Shown here: positions 40,633 through 54,513 of the stretch, piece after piece
Numbering within the stretch: position 1 is the stretch's first letter
Layout: every line of letters begins with the position of its first letter
NCBI GenBank assembly: GCA_951406725.2
Contig: OX597824.1
Coordinates: 88,102,001-88,166,000 of the forward strand
Direction of reading: 5' to 3'
Source: Octopus vulgaris
Lineage: Eukaryota
DNA length: 64,000 bases
Notes under the pieces: model-generated
Told to the model about the DNA's origin: nothing
The model's input: the letters and a program-made list of their open reading frames with translations, nothing else
Database searches by the model: none
Made by a program: the position numbers and the translations under genes

Positions 40633-40756
40633 CTTCTTGCCAGCTTGCCAGCAGCTTTCAACTATGATCCAGCAGTAAATTATGCAGATGATACTAAAGT
40701 TTCCATTGGTGCAATGACAACTGAGTGCATACACTGCAAAGCAAAGTATATATATA

Positions 40757-40974
40757 TACTCTTTTACTCTTTTACTTGTTTCAGTCATTTGACTGCGGCC
40801 ATGCTGGAGCACCGCCTTTAATCGAGCAACTCGACCCCGGGACTTATTCTTTTGTAAGCCCAGTACTTATTCTATCGGTCTCTTTTGCCGAACCGCTAAG
40901 TAACGGGGACATAAACACACCAGCATTGGTTGTCAAGCAATGCTAGGAGGACAAACACAGACACACAAACATAT

Positions 40975-41018
<44 letters not shown>

Positions 41019-41163
41019 GACAGGCTTCTTTCAGTTTCCGTCTACCAAATCCACTCACAAGGCATTGGTTGGCCCAGGGCTATAGCAGAAGACACTTGCC
41101 CAAGATGCCACGCAGTGGGACTGAACCCGGAACCATGTGGTTGGTAAGCAAGCTACTTACCAC
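40757..41163 (-). mobile_element. SINE family A
   Basis: Homology to 1284-1744. Confidence 0.88.
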
Positions 41164-41280
41164 ATATATATATATAAAGTGAATCCAAACATGAAAACAC
41201 AAAGAGAAAACACAACAACGTGAGGACATGGAACAAGTATAGTGTTATTGGAAGCTCAGGAAAGGAAAGAAAGAAGGAGG

Positions 41281-41315
41281 ATTTAACGTTTCGAGCAGAG
41301 CTCTTCGTCAGAAAC
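41281..41315 (-). ncRNA. Minimal type I hammerhead ribozyme motif
   Basis: GTTT-CTGACGA-A-GAGC-TCT-GCTC-GAAA-CGTT^AAAT; palindromic ACGT stem III. Confidence 0.65.
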
Positions 41316-41460
41316 ATAGGAAAAGGAAAGATCCAAGGAAGGGAAGACGGAGGAAGAAAATATATAGTAAATCCCCCAAAAAACACACAAAAATAAAAAC
41401 AACGCAAGGACGTGGTACATGTAAAGTATTAGCAGACGCTCAGGGAAGTAATGAAAGATG

Positions 41461-41496
41461 GTTTAACGTTTCGAGCAAAAGTTCTTCTTCAGAATC
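41461..41496 (-). ncRNA. Minimal type I hammerhead motif (partly decayed)
   Basis: GATT-CTGAAGA-A-GAAC-TTTT-GCTC-GAAA-CGTT^AAAC. Confidence 0.5.
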
Positions 41497-41618
41497 AGAG
41501 GAAAGTACAACAGAAAAAGAAGACGGAGGGGGAAAAAAGATGGCTAACAAGTTACATATGGTTACATTTTGAAATATATATATATGTATATGTATATAAA
41601 GTGGATGTTAACTGATGA

Positions 41619-41652
<34 letters not shown>

Positions 41653-41981
41653 GATGATGATGATGATGATGATATGTGTGTGTGTGTATACATATACTCA
41701 TACATACATAAATATATATATATATATATATACATACACATACATATATATATCAACATAATTATCATCATCATCAGTTAACAACCACTCTTCCATGCTT
41801 GACTGGGTCAGATGGATATCGTTGAAGCAGAACATTGCTTGTATTAGAGAGATGCTTATTTACAACCATCACATGATGTCAGGAGAGGGTTACACACCTG
41901 CACACACACACAGACACACAGACACATACATGCACGATATATATATATGTATGTACATAGACACACACACACATATATATG

Positions 41982-42031
<50 letters not shown>

Positions 42032-42157
42032 CATACATATATATATTGAGTACAACTGAACCCAAGACCACATGGTTGGGTAGCAAGCTTCTTAACCACA
42101 CAGCCATACCTGTATACATACACACACACACACACACATATATGCATATGTATATAT

Positions 42158-42206
<49 letters not shown>

Positions 42207-42240
42207 TATGCATATATGTATGAGTATATATGTGTGTGTG

Positions 42241-42317
<77 letters not shown>

Positions 42318-42786
42318 CTATATGTTTGTATGTATATAGGTGTACATATATCCATATATTTATCCATGCATGCATGGACAGATAGATAGATATTTGACTA
42401 TGTAAGACTTACTGTTTCCTTATATCCCTTGACCAACTACCCTTGTTCCTGTCTTATTCTGACCTCATCAACGATTCATAACCTTCACAGGACTTGCTGA
42501 AGTATCAATCGAAGAGACGCAAAGCAAACGCATAAAACCATATATTTGTTGGCATAAGGAAATAGAGATGTATGGAAATTAAATAATTCGGAGATGCTAT
42601 CTGCATAATAAAAATAAAGAATGGTTGAGTAAGTGTTAACATATTTAGTGGTGCAGTATAGATTTCTGATGCAAAAGAATGAAGAAATTTCATAATTTGG
42701 CAGGACATCCCATTCCTCTGCTTCGTTCTTTCTTGTAAGCCAAAGTGTAGAACAAAGCCATTCAGAATCTTCCACATATATATATA

Positions 42787-43203
42787 TATTTCTTTATTGC
42801 CCACAAGGGGCTATACACAGAGGGAGCAAACAAGGACAGACAAACGGATTAAGTCGATTATATCAACCCCAGTGCGTAACTGGTACTTATTTAATCGACC
42901 CTCGAAAGGATGAAAGGCAAAGTCGACCTCGGCGGAATTTGAACTCAGAACGTAACGACAGACAAAATACCTATTTCTTTACCACCCACAAGGGGCTAAA
43001 CACAGAGGGGACAAACAAGGACAGACAAACGGATTAAGTTGATTATATCGACCCCAGTGCGTAACTGGTACTTAATTTATTGACCCTGAAAGGATGAAAG
43101 GCAAAGTCGACCTCGGCGGAATTTGAACTCGGAACGTAACGACAGACGAAATACGGCTACGCATTTCGCCCGGCGTGCTAACGTCTCTGCCATTTCGCCG
43201 CCT
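42787..43203 (-). mobile_element. SINE family B with two body modules
   Basis: TSD GAATCTTCCACATATATATA on both sides. Confidence 0.88.
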
Positions 43204-43339
43204 TGAATCTTCCACATATATATAAGTGAGTGTACATATGTAAGTGTCCGTGGATGTGTGCTAGTGTGTGTGTGTGTGTCTGTGTATCTGTGTGTGTATT
43301 GTGTGTGCATCCATGTACATGCATGTATATGTTGAAAGA

Positions 43340-43585
43340 AAAACAGATCATAAAATGAATCAGGTGTAATGAGCAAGAGAGAAAGCTGCAGTGGTATGGA
43401 CATGTGATGCATTTGATTGGACAAAGAAGTGCTAATCGCTTCCAAAGGATGGAACATGTGGAAAAGGGAAACCTAAGAAGATATGGGACAAAATAGTGAA
43501 GGCTGGTCTCTGGATGTTGAGCCTCATGGAGAAGATAACAAAAGATCAAATTGACTGGGGATACTTAGTACCCAAGAAAACCCAC
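43340..43585 (+). mobile_element. Decayed RTE C-terminal fragment
   Basis: EQERKLQWYGHVMH...GTCGKGKPKKIWDKIVK, paralogous to 2380-2600. Confidence 0.7.
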
Positions 43586-44204
43586 CCATCATGATGAAAC
43601 TGAGGTTTTCGAAGCATATGTTGGCACACAACTGGGACTCTTGTCCAATTTGTCCAGGAAACATATATTTCTTTGTCCAGGAAACATATATTTATTTTTC
43701 AAAGTGAAACAAAGCTCACAATAAGATAGAAAAAAATGTTTATTTTTGCATATTTCCACTTGATTTATATTAGAAAAATTTTCTCTTACTTTTCTTAATT
43801 GCAAAGTCTGAACATTTTGAAATTATATTTCTGATCATATAAACCACTTCGAATATTATTTTAGCAAGTTTAAAGGGGATTTCTTTTGTGCCATAGACTA
43901 TTTACCATTTCCATTGTGCCCCCCACCACCAACACCACCACCTTCTCCTGATGCACTAAACATGTTCTTATTTTGCTTTACAATTAATTCAGCACTGATT
44001 TGACCTTTAGTCGTTATCTGCTGCATTTACCCAAATCTTTAATCATTATCATCACCACCGTAAAAACTGCACTGTAGCAAAAAGAACTCTGTGTAGTTTA
44101 CTTGTAAGTAGGAGGAGTAACATGTAGCAAATGTCACATACTGTTGCTCCACTAATTATTCCAAAAGTAATTTTGTAGCTGATTCCTTTTCCTAATTACT
44201 TTCA

Positions 44205-44705
44205 TAATAATGAAATTATTGTATACAGTGCTCAGGTGCACCACAACCTGTCAAAAGTGTGTATAAAGCATATGCAGTAATGTACAAATGTCTGGAAAGT
44301 GAACAATGTATGAGTCAGATACATGCTTGCGTGTGTATGGAGGGGAGAAAATCAGGTGTAGTGTTGGCGAATCTCAGAAAGCATGGAAGTTTTGAAGGAT
44401 GCAGTGCTCTGACAACTAACAACTGATGCCGGCAGTTTGTTCCATGCTTCAGCAACTCTTAGCGTGAAAAAATGTTTCCGAAAGTCATGGGAGCTGTGCT
44501 GTTTTCTGACTTAGTAAACATGTCCACGGGTGTTAGACAGGTGGAGTTTGAAAAGGTCCTCTGAGTTGTTGTTTGTAAGATGGTTAATAATTTTATGGGT
44601 GTCTGCCAAATCAGCTGCCAGGCGTCGGAGTTTCAATGTATCCATGCCCAGGGAAGTAAGGCGTTCAGAATATGGCAGATGCCTAATGGAGGGTATTCTC
44701 TTGAT
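44205..44705 (-). mobile_element. CR1/L2-type LINE 3' end
   Basis: LPYSERLTSLGMDTLKLRRLAADL...TRGHVY*...FRKHFFTLRVAEAWNKLP...SFK. Confidence 0.88.
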
Positions 44706-45259
44706 GCCTGGCATATAAAATGATATATTATCCGATCAAAGATTCGATTCAATCATAATCATCATCGTCATAGTCATCATTATCTTCATCATCCTCACCA
44801 GCATTTTCATCAGCATCATTTAATGTTTCCCATGCTGGTATGACTTAAATAGTTTGACAGAATCTGGAGAGTTGCAGGGCCGCATCAAGCTCCAATGTCT
44901 GCTGCAGCATGGTCCCTATGGCTTGATGCCCTTTCTAGCTCCACTCACCTTACGGCATGTACTGGGTGCTCTTTTCGTGCTGACAGCACTAGTGGGGTCA
45001 CCAAGTAACATGCAAGACAAGAATAGGATAAAAAAAAGGCCCTCTTGACTATGTGGAATTAGGGAGTATTTGAGAGGATGGGGCTGGCTTTATGCCAAAT
45101 GTGGAGAGGCTAAAATATAGTACAGGGAAGGGAAAGCACATGTGTCTTGCTATAGAGAGAATACTAGCTACCCCTGCTAGGGTGGATGAGAGTAGCTGGG
45201 AAAAAGATAGGATGTAATGATTGGTGCCATTAATGCTTGATAAGTTTACATTGTTGAGA

Positions 45260-45580
45260 GTTGTGGCACATAAAAGGGCACCATTTGAGCGTGATCGTTA
45301 CCAACATCGCCTTACTGGCACCTGTGCTGGTGACATGTGTAAACGGATTCAAGCAAGGTCATTGCCAGTACAGCCTGACTGGCCCTCGTGCCAGTGGTAT
45401 GTAAAAAGCACCCGCTACACTCTCGGAGTGGTTGGCATTAGGAAGGGTATCCATCTGTAGGAACAATGCCAAATCAAGACTGGAGCCTGGTGCAGCCATC
45501 TGGTTCGCCAACCCTCAGTCAAAATCGTCCAACCCATGCTAGCATGGAAAGTGGACGTTAAACGATGATGATGATGAGGA
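45260..45580 (+). mobile_element. RTE LINE 3' UTR
   Basis: Conserved terminus plus GAT tail. Confidence 0.85.
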
Positions 45581-46380
45581 GGAGGAGGAGGAGGAATTCT
45601 ATCAATTAGCTCAAAAGTTTTCTAATTAATAAATGCCAGGCAGTATTGTCTTAACGGCATTAGAAGCCCCACAGGCACAGCAATGCACTGGAAGCCCCTA
45701 CATGAACAATGACATCAAACATAGTTTAGCATTGGGTTTCAAGACTAGTGAAGTCCCCAGGGCAACTGCCCAGTGTGCTCGCTTTAAAATAGCCCTGATA
45801 CCAGAACATCTCACCCAGAAACAAATTAGTGAAATCCACAAACCACTACTTCCTCTTTATTAATTTTTTGTTTTTCTCTTGAGCCCTAGGGTTACCTGGT
45901 TTCCATGATGTGTAAATGACTGAGACCAAAATACTCCCCACTGAATAGGGTGTTGGTCATGGCCAGCAATTTTTGAGGGGAGGGGAAAAGTTGATAGCAG
46001 CAACCCCAGTACTTGGCTGCTACTTTATTTTATCAACCCTAAAAGGATGAAATATAAAATTGCCTTCAGCAGGATTTGAACTCAGGATGTAAAGAACCAG
46101 AAGGAATGCTATGAAGGATTTAGAGAGATTACTACCAAAACAAGATTTATCACTAACTCAGCATAAGAAGATGTGAAAACAGCCCTAAACAGACTTTTTG
46201 AAATTATTTCTCTTGATCCCTGGGACTCATAATGCTGGTTACCCAGTTTCCAAATTTCCATGTCTTATAAATAATGACCAAAATCACATTATCCCCCCTG
46301 AATTGGTTTACTGCAGGGTTAAAGGGCAGTGATTTTTGAGGTAAGGGTACAAATTGATTACATCAACCCTAGTACTTGAC

Positions 46381-46915
46381 TATTCTTTTATTCTTTTACT
46401 TGTTTCAGTCATTTATTGCGGCCATGCTGGAGCACCCCACTTTCATTGAGCAAATCGACCCCTGAACTTATTTTTTGTAAGCCAAGTACTTATTCTATCA
46501 GTTTCTTTTACTGAACCGCTAAATTACGGGGATGTAAACACACCAACATCAGTTGTTAAGCGATGGTGGGGTGACAAACAGACACACAAATATATAAATA
46601 CGATGGGCTTCTTTTAGTTTCCATCTATCAAATCCACTCACAAGGCTCTGGTTGGCCTGAGGTTATGGTAGAAGACACTTGCCCAAGGTGCCACACAGTG
46701 GGACTGAACCTGAAACCATGTGGTTGGTAAGCAAGCTTCTTACTACCCAGCTACTCCTGCTACTTTTAGGGGTTTGGCAAAAGAGACTGATAGAATAAGT
46801 ACTAGACTTACAAAGAATAAGTCCTGGAGTTGTGTTCTTTGACTAAAAAGAACCCTTTAAGGCGGTGCTCCAGCATGGCCACAGTCAAATGACTGAAACC
46901 AGAATAAAAGAATAA
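46381..46915. mobile_element. SINE family A (minus) plus an inverted 3' fragment (plus)
   Basis: Homology to other family A copies. Confidence 0.8.
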
Positions 46916-46934
46916 ATTTAATTGAAGGTTTCAA

Positions 46935-47165
46935 GCTGAGCACTTTTTGCCAATTTCTCCTCTTCTGAGGATCAAATGCTGAAGATGACCCATTACTGTA
47001 CCAGCATCTGCAATTCTAGCACCTAATTCAACCTTCTGCGGCCTATCTTTTCTGAATACAGCTCCAAGATAAACTTCTCCACATGTGTCAGTTTCTAAAT
47101 TCTTGCGATGAAAATTAGAATTAATGTTTAGGAGTTCCAAAGGAAGAATGACGTAACATGAATTC
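46935..47165 (-). mobile_element. Decayed LINE RT fragment
   Basis: LETDTCGEVYLGAVF...ELGARIADAGTVMGHL resembles the RT YLG..RI..A region. Confidence 0.5.
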
Positions 47166-47204
47166 ATATTCCAACAGGGTTACTAAGCTATGTCTTGGGA
47201 CAGA

Positions 47205-47435
47205 AGGCGGTGAGCTGGCAGAAACGTTAGCACGCCGGGTGAAATGCGTAGCTGTATTTTGTCTGCCGTTACGTTCTGAGTTCAAATCCCGCTGAGGTCA
47301 ATTTTGCCTTTCATCCTTTCGGGGTCAATAAATTAAGTACTAGTTACACACTGGGGTCGATGTAATCGACTTAATCCATTTGTCTGTCCTTGTTTGTCTC
47401 CTCTGTGTTTAGCCCCTTGTGGGTAATAAAGAAAC
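47205..47435 (+). mobile_element. SINE family B
   Basis: Full length; flanked by TCTTGGGACAGA duplication. Confidence 0.88.
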
Positions 47436-48239
47436 ATATATCTTGGGACAGACATCGAACAATCCCTGTTCCATTTACCTGAGAGTAAAATATAATAACA
47501 AAACGAAGACAGACAGACAGACAGACAGACAGGCAAGCAGGCAGGCAGGCAGGCAGGCAGACAGACAGACAGACAGAGTGGAAGAGTGAGAGAGAGAGAG
47601 ATGAGGGGGAGGAAGTTTCAAAAGCACATGACTAGATAGAAATTGCTAAGTTGTTTATTGGTTTACTGCAGGGAGACCGAGACAGAGAGAGAGAGAGATC
47701 GAATCATCTGATACGGGGAACGAACGACCGAATGAAGCTATGTATAGCACCAAACAGCTACTTAAGATACTAGTAAAGACTGACGATGGGAAAATGTTAA
47801 TTACTCAAATATTTCAGATCATTCCCTGCTGAAATAGCTGCTGCAAAGCAATAAATCAATATTTGGAAGCTAGCAGTGTTCAAGGACATCTATATTTTAC
47901 GATCAATCAATTTTATTTGATACAGGACCATCTTGCATTTTCTAAATTTAAGGAAACGGTTAAATGATTTAATATAACACTCACAACATCAGTGCAGATG
48001 GCTTAGTGTTGTTGTCTTTTATTTTTTTTTTTTATTGTTTCGGTCGTTTGACTGCGACCATGCTGGGGCACCGCCTTGAAGTGTTTAATCAGACAGAAAT
48101 CGGCCCTTGTATTCGTTTGGAGTTTGGAGTTTGGAGTTTTTGGTGGGTATTCTCTTGGTCTCCCTTTTTGCCAAATTGTTAATTTTTGCAGAGATGGGAA
48201 CCAGCGTCGCTTGTCAGCTGTGGTGGGGAACAAACGCAA

Positions 48240-48690
48240 ACACTGACACACACACGCACACCCACGCATGCACGTGCACACTCAAACACACACATGCATA
48301 TGCATACACAGAAACACAAACTCACACATGCACACAAACATAAACACACAATACACACAAACATACACACACAATACACACAGACACACACACACACACA
48401 CACACACAGAGGCACGCACGTGCACACAAATACAAACACACGCACACAAACATAAGCACACAATACACACAAACATACACACACAAACACACACACTAAC
48501 ACGGATGTACACACACGCACACACACACACACACAAACGCACACACACACACATACACACACAGACACACACACACACATCGACAGACACACACACACAC
48601 ATCGACAGACACATACACACGCGCACACACACGCGCACACACATGCGCACACACACACACATACACAAACACACACACACACACACACAC
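48240..48690. repeat. Imperfect (CA)n-rich tract
   Basis: Direct. Confidence 0.9.
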
Positions 48691-49053
48691 ATCTTTGTCA
48701 TCATCATTTTAATGTCCACTTTTCTATGCTCGCATTTGTTGGGGCAGAGTTTATCAGGGTAGAATTTTCTCCACCCAGATAACCCTTCCCGCTACCAGCT
48801 CTCACCTGTTCCCAAGCAAGGTAATATTCTTTTCTACTCTAGGCACAAGGCCCGAAATTTTGGGGGAGGGAGCCAGTCGATTAGATCAATCCCAGTACGC
48901 AACTGGTACTTAATTTATCGACCCCAAAAGGACGAAAGTCAAAGTCGACCTTAGCAGAATTTGAACCCAGCACATAAAGACAGGCGTAAAGCAAGGTGAT
49001 ATTTTCCCATCCATGGCCAGACATGTTTTTGCAGACTATTAAAAACGAATAAC

Positions 49054-49261
49054 ATTCTTTTACTCTTTTACTTGTTTCAGTCATTTGACTGTGGTCATGC
49101 TGGAGCACAGCCTTTAGTCGAGCAAATCGACCCCAGGACTTATTCTTTGTAAGCCCTGTACTTATCCTATCGGTTTCTTTTGCTAAACTGCTAAGTTACG
49201 GGGATGTAAACACACCACCATCGGTTGTCAAGCGATGTTGGGGGGACAAACACAAACATAT

Positions 49262-49296
<35 letters not shown>

Positions 49297-49462
49297 TATA
49301 TATGTATATACATATATACGACAGGCTTCTTTCAGTTTCTGTCTACCAAATCCACTCACAAGGCTTTGGTCGGCCCGAAGCTATAGTAGAAGACACTTGC
49401 TCAAGGTGCCACGCAGTGGAACTGAACCCGGAACCATGTGGTTGGCAAGCAAGCTACTTACC
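49054..49462 (-). mobile_element. SINE family A
   Basis: Homology to other copies. Confidence 0.88.
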
Positions 49463-49989
49463 ATCTCGTTCTTCTGTGTGTGTGTGCATGTGTACATGTG
49501 TGTGTGCATGCACATGTCAATGTATGTGTGTGTGTGTGTGCTTGTGGGGGGGGGGCAGCATGTGTGTATGCGTATGTATGTCTGTGTGTGTGTGTATGTG
49601 TGTGCCTGTGTGTGTGTATTTGGATATACAACACAAAAACAGAAGTACCCACTAGTTGTTGTTGAGTTTATACATTTGAAGCTGATCCCTTTATTGTGTT
49701 GCAAGTTAAAGTTTCTCCCTTTATGTGATCCTTCATCAGAAGGGTTGCATGCAATTGGAGATTCTGACTGGAGACAGATTGAATTGTCAGCATGAATTAA
49801 TTATAAGGAAGAGACATAAAAACCTAATGTACACCTTTCAATTATAGTTTCATATTCTTATGCTATCCCTCACTCCCCTCTCCCCCTCTCTCCCCTCTCT
49901 CCATCTCACTCTTCCTCTCTCCTCCTCTCCTATCTCCCTATCTCCCTCACTCTTCCCTTTCCTCTATCTCTTTATCCATCCATCTATCC

Positions 49990-50028
<39 letters not shown>

Positions 50029-50365
50029 CATCTATCTATCCATCTATCTATCTAGTTAGCTATCCATCCATCCATCCATCCATCCATCCATCTCGTTAGC
50101 TATCTCTTTTCATTCTTTTATGGATTACTTAAGCTTCATTTCATTATCTGCCTTCAAAGTCAGTGAAGCATATCGCTGGGAATGTTAAGATATATTTCCT
50201 CCCTGGATTGATTTTCTTATTTATCCATTCACTAGCACTAATAATATTAATTAATTAGAATACTTGCAAAACATCTTCATTTCGAAGGATTATATCTGCA
50301 CTCTTTTAGAATAGACAGAAAACCTAATGGACTGTGTCTTCCTGCATTAAGAACCTCCACCAGAT

Positions 50366-50772
50366 CCCAAGTAGCTTGCTTACTAACCACATGGTCCTGG
50401 GTTCATTCCCATTGCATGGCACCTTGGGCAAGTGTCTTCTATTATAGCCTCGGGCTGACCAAAGCCTTGTGATTGAATTTGGTAGACAGAAACTGAAAGA
50501 AGCCCATCGAATGTGTGTGTGTATGTGTGGGTGTGTGTGGGTGTGGGTGTTATGTGTGCATTTGTGTGCCTGTGTTTGTCCCCCCCAACATCGCTTGACA
50601 ACCAAAGCTGGTGTGTTTATGTCCCCGTAACTTAGCGGTTTGGCAAAAGAGACCGATAGAATAAGTAGTAGGCTTACAAAGAATAAGTCCTAGGGTTGAT
50701 TTGCTCGACTAAAGGCGGTGCTTCAGCATGGCCACAGTCAAATGACTGAAACAAGTAAAAGTGTAAAAGAGT
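50366..50772 (+). mobile_element. SINE family A
   Basis: Homology to other copies. Confidence 0.85.
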
Positions 50773-50817
50773 ATAACCAATAAGGACTAATTATTATTTG
50801 TAGTAGTTCAAAGGTAG

Positions 50818-51141
50818 AGACCCCTTTGGTCATGAAAGACCATGGGACCGCACCTAGAAAGTTCCCTCAGAGGCAAAGTTGCTTATGGAAGACCAGCTGT
50901 CACCCATGCATACCAGTTTCCCCTCTCCATGCCACCGATGTTATCCAAGGGAAAAGCAAGGGCCGATACAGCTTGGCACCAATGACGTCGCAAATCATTA
51001 CTGCAGCTGAGTGAATTGTAGCAATGTAAAAATAAAGTGCTTTGCTCAAGAGAGCACAATAAATAGCCTGGCCTGGGAATCAGACTCACAACTTCATGGT
51101 TGCAAGCCTGACGCCCTAACCACTGAGCCATGCACTTTCAC
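50818..51141 (-). mobile_element. SINE family F
   Basis: Homology to 38093-38430. Confidence 0.8.
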
Positions 51142-51888
51142 AGTAGTTTAAGGGTGGATGAAGAAGACCAAATCTATCGTAGGTGAAAACAACTGATCAT
51201 GTGTGAGAACCCCTCAAAAGTCACCAGACAATTACAAGACCCCTCTTTGTTTTAGATGCAAAAATCAAATACCAATATATAACTGTCCCCTAAGACACCA
51301 CACTACCCATCCAAACAAGAGACCCCTAGTTTTCTTCGCCTCTTTCAAAACATTAGAGCAGCCACTATCACTGGTCAATATGTTGAAAAATAGGTCAAGA
51401 GAAATTGTAGAAATGCTAGAATGGGGGCAAGCAGTGGTTTAGCTAATAGGGAAGCAAGGAAAACGATTGCTCCCCTCAAGCACATTTTTCAAAATGGGTG
51501 CCTTTTCAGCCATTTTTTTTTTTTACCCTTTAGTTACCTAAGTTTCATACATGATGACATTGTTACTTAAACATGAAATTAATAAATTTAGGATACAATT
51601 ATGTATATTATAACTAATGAAGTATTTCATGTAATAAGAGAAATGGGTTAGAAATTGCTTGGAATGTGTCACGACACCCATTTTTTATGTGCTTGCTCCC
51701 CCATAACTTTAGAACCTGGCTACACCTCTGCAGGTGAGAAGACGAGTATTGTAGGAACAGGATTAAGGGAAGCCACAACTAGATTCCTTATTAGAAAGGA
51801 ACAAAAGTACAAATTCTTCTGTGGGTGGGTAACAGTGTTAGCATGGGGAGAGTAGACATATTGCTAGCAGAGAAATTAGTAGATAATG

Positions 51889-52494
51889 AAGGCGGCGAGC
51901 TGGCAGAAACGTTAGCACACAGGGCAAAATGCTTAGCGGTATTTTGGCTGCCATTATGTTCTGAGTTCAAATTCCGCTGAGGTCGACTTTGGCTTTCATC
52001 TTTTCAGGGTCGATAAATAAAGTACCAGTTATGCACTGGAGTTGATGTAATCGACTTAATCCCTCTGTCTGTCCTTGTTTGTCCCTTTTATGTTTAGCTC
52101 CTTGTGGGCAATTAAGAAATAGGTATTTCGTCTGCTGTTTCATTCTGAGTTCAAATTTCGCCGAGGTCGACTTTAGCTTTCATCCTTTCGAGGTCAATAA
52201 ATTAAGTACCAGTTATGCACTGGGGTCGATGTAATCGACTTAATCCGTTTGTCTGTCCTTGTTTGTCCCCTCTATGTTTAGCCCCCTTGTGGGCAATAAA
52301 GAAATAGATATTTCGTCTGCTGTTTCGTTCTGAGTTCAAATTTCGCCGAGGTCGACTTCAGCTTTCATCCTTTCGAGGTCAATAAATTAAGTACCAGTTA
52401 CGCACTGGGGTCGATGTAATCGACTTAATCCGTTTGTCTGTCCTTGTTTGTCCCCTCTATGTTTAGCCCCTTGTGGGTAGTAAAGAAATAAGAA
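51889..52494 (+). mobile_element. SINE family B, one head plus three tandem body modules
   Basis: ~180-bp module repeated with junction GAAATAG(G/A)TATTTCGTCTG. Confidence 0.9.
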
Positions 52495-52589
52495 ATGAAT
52501 AGATAAAGCAACTGAGGTAACCAGAGTATGTAATAGAATAATTAAATGTAAGTTAGTCATCCACAACACATGACAGCAACTTTTATCTC

Positions 52590-53240
52590 TGCTTGCACAA
52601 CACAATCAAGGCTGGCAATGGACCAAAAAGAACCATTCTTATGATGCCCTACTGCAGAGTATGTCAATAACGTATGGCAAGGACTTCATTATCATGCTTA
52701 GTGATTTTAACAGACATTGGTTTTAAATTTTGGCACAAGGTCAGTGATTTTAGGGCAATGGGTAAGTCAGTTGCATCGACCATGGTGGTCAACTGATACA
52801 TACTTTATCAACTCTGAAAGGATGAAAGGAAAAGCCAGCCTTGGCAGAATTTGAACTTGGAACATAAAGATGGACAAAATACTACTAAGAATTTTGCTTG
52901 GCATGTTTACAGTTCTGCCAGCTTGCCGCCCTGACATACACTCGTACGAATGTCATGATGGATTTTCTGGCGTGCATGGAGGTATAGATAAATATAGTAC
53001 AAAGAATGAGATGAAATCAGGTCCCCTGGAGTTCTGTGATGCAAATAATTTAAGCATTTGCAACACTAACCAAAGAAAACTGTCCTGAAACCTGATCGAT
53101 TTCTTACCGATAAAATGAACATACAAGAGAAGTAGACTTCGTACTCACAAGGAAATGGAACAGACAGACATTTATGAATGCTAGGTCTTGAATGGAATCA
53201 CAACATTCCCCCTAAAGGAGATGCTGGCCCATAGCAAGAT
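52590..53240 (+). mobile_element. RTE LINE APE endonuclease fragment, SINE-interrupted
   Basis: YDALLQS...FIIMLSDFNRH then DGFSGVHGG...LEFCDANNLSICNTN...EVDFVLTRK. Confidence 0.75.
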
Positions 53241-53477
53241 TTAAGGCCAACAATTTTGTGGGGAGGGGGCAAGTCAAGTCAATTACATCTGCTCCAGTAC
53301 TTGACTGGTGCTCAAAGGGAAGAAAGGCAAAGCTGACCTCAACAAGATTTGAACTCAGAACGTAAACAACTGGAAGAAATGCCACTTAGCTTTTTGCTGG
53401 ACATGCTAATGATGCTGCCTGTTCACCACCTTAAACCTAGAATATAAACCCATGTTTTACCGATGAAAAACAAACCC

Positions 53478-54326
53478 CTATATATACACTATGTATACAC
53501 TACATACACACTATATATACACTACATACACTCTATATATACACTATATATACACTATATACAAACTATATATACACTATATACACACTATATATACACT
53601 ACATACACACTATATATACACTATATATACACTATATATACACTATATACACACTATATATACACTACATACACACTATATATACACTATATACACACTA
53701 TATACACACTATATATACACTACATACACTCTATATATACACTATATATACACTATATACAAACTATATATACACTATATACACACTATATACACACTAT
53801 ATATACACTATATACACACTATACACACTATATACACTATATACACACTATATATACACTATATACACACTATATATACACTACATACACACTATATATA
53901 CACTATATATACATTATATATACACTATATATACACTAAATACGCACTATATATACACTATATACACACTATATACACACTATATATACACTACATACAC
54001 TCTATATATACACTATATATACACTATATACACACTATATATACACTATATACACACTATATACACACTATATATACACTACATACACTCTATATATACA
54101 CTATATATACACTATATATACACTACATACACTCTATATATACACTATATATACACTATATATACACTATATACACACTATATATACACTACATACACAC
54201 TATATATACACTATATATACACTACATACACACTATATATACACTATATACACACTACATACACACTATATATACACTATATATACACTAAATACGCACT
54301 ATATACACACTACATATACACTATAT
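53478..54326. repeat. Imperfect satellite of TATATACAC / TATATATACAC units
   Basis: Direct; gives the YTLYIH ORFs. Confidence 0.95.
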
Positions 54327-54434
54327 GCGGAGTGCTGCGGTGAACATGCAGCATCAGTAAAGCATGAGGGGTCAGTCAGCCGTGGACAGCACATCAGAGT
54401 GGATGTGTGAGACTGTAGAGTGACAGATAGCGCT

Positions 54435-54513
54435 TGTGGCTGTGGAGTGAACCTTGGTGATTGAGACAGCATGTGGCTGTGGAGTGAACCTTGGTGATTG
54501 AGACAGCATGTGG
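54435..54513 (+). repeat. Exact 37-bp tandem duplication
   Basis: TGTGGCTGTGGAGTGAACCTTGGTGATTGAGACAGCA twice, plus TGTGG. Confidence 0.95.

Noticed and set aside
42491-42620. Possible terminal exon (LAEVSIEETQSKRIKPYICWHKEIEMYGN*) followed by AATAAA
   Set aside because: Short, weak acceptor and no homology; AATAAA is common in AT-rich DNA
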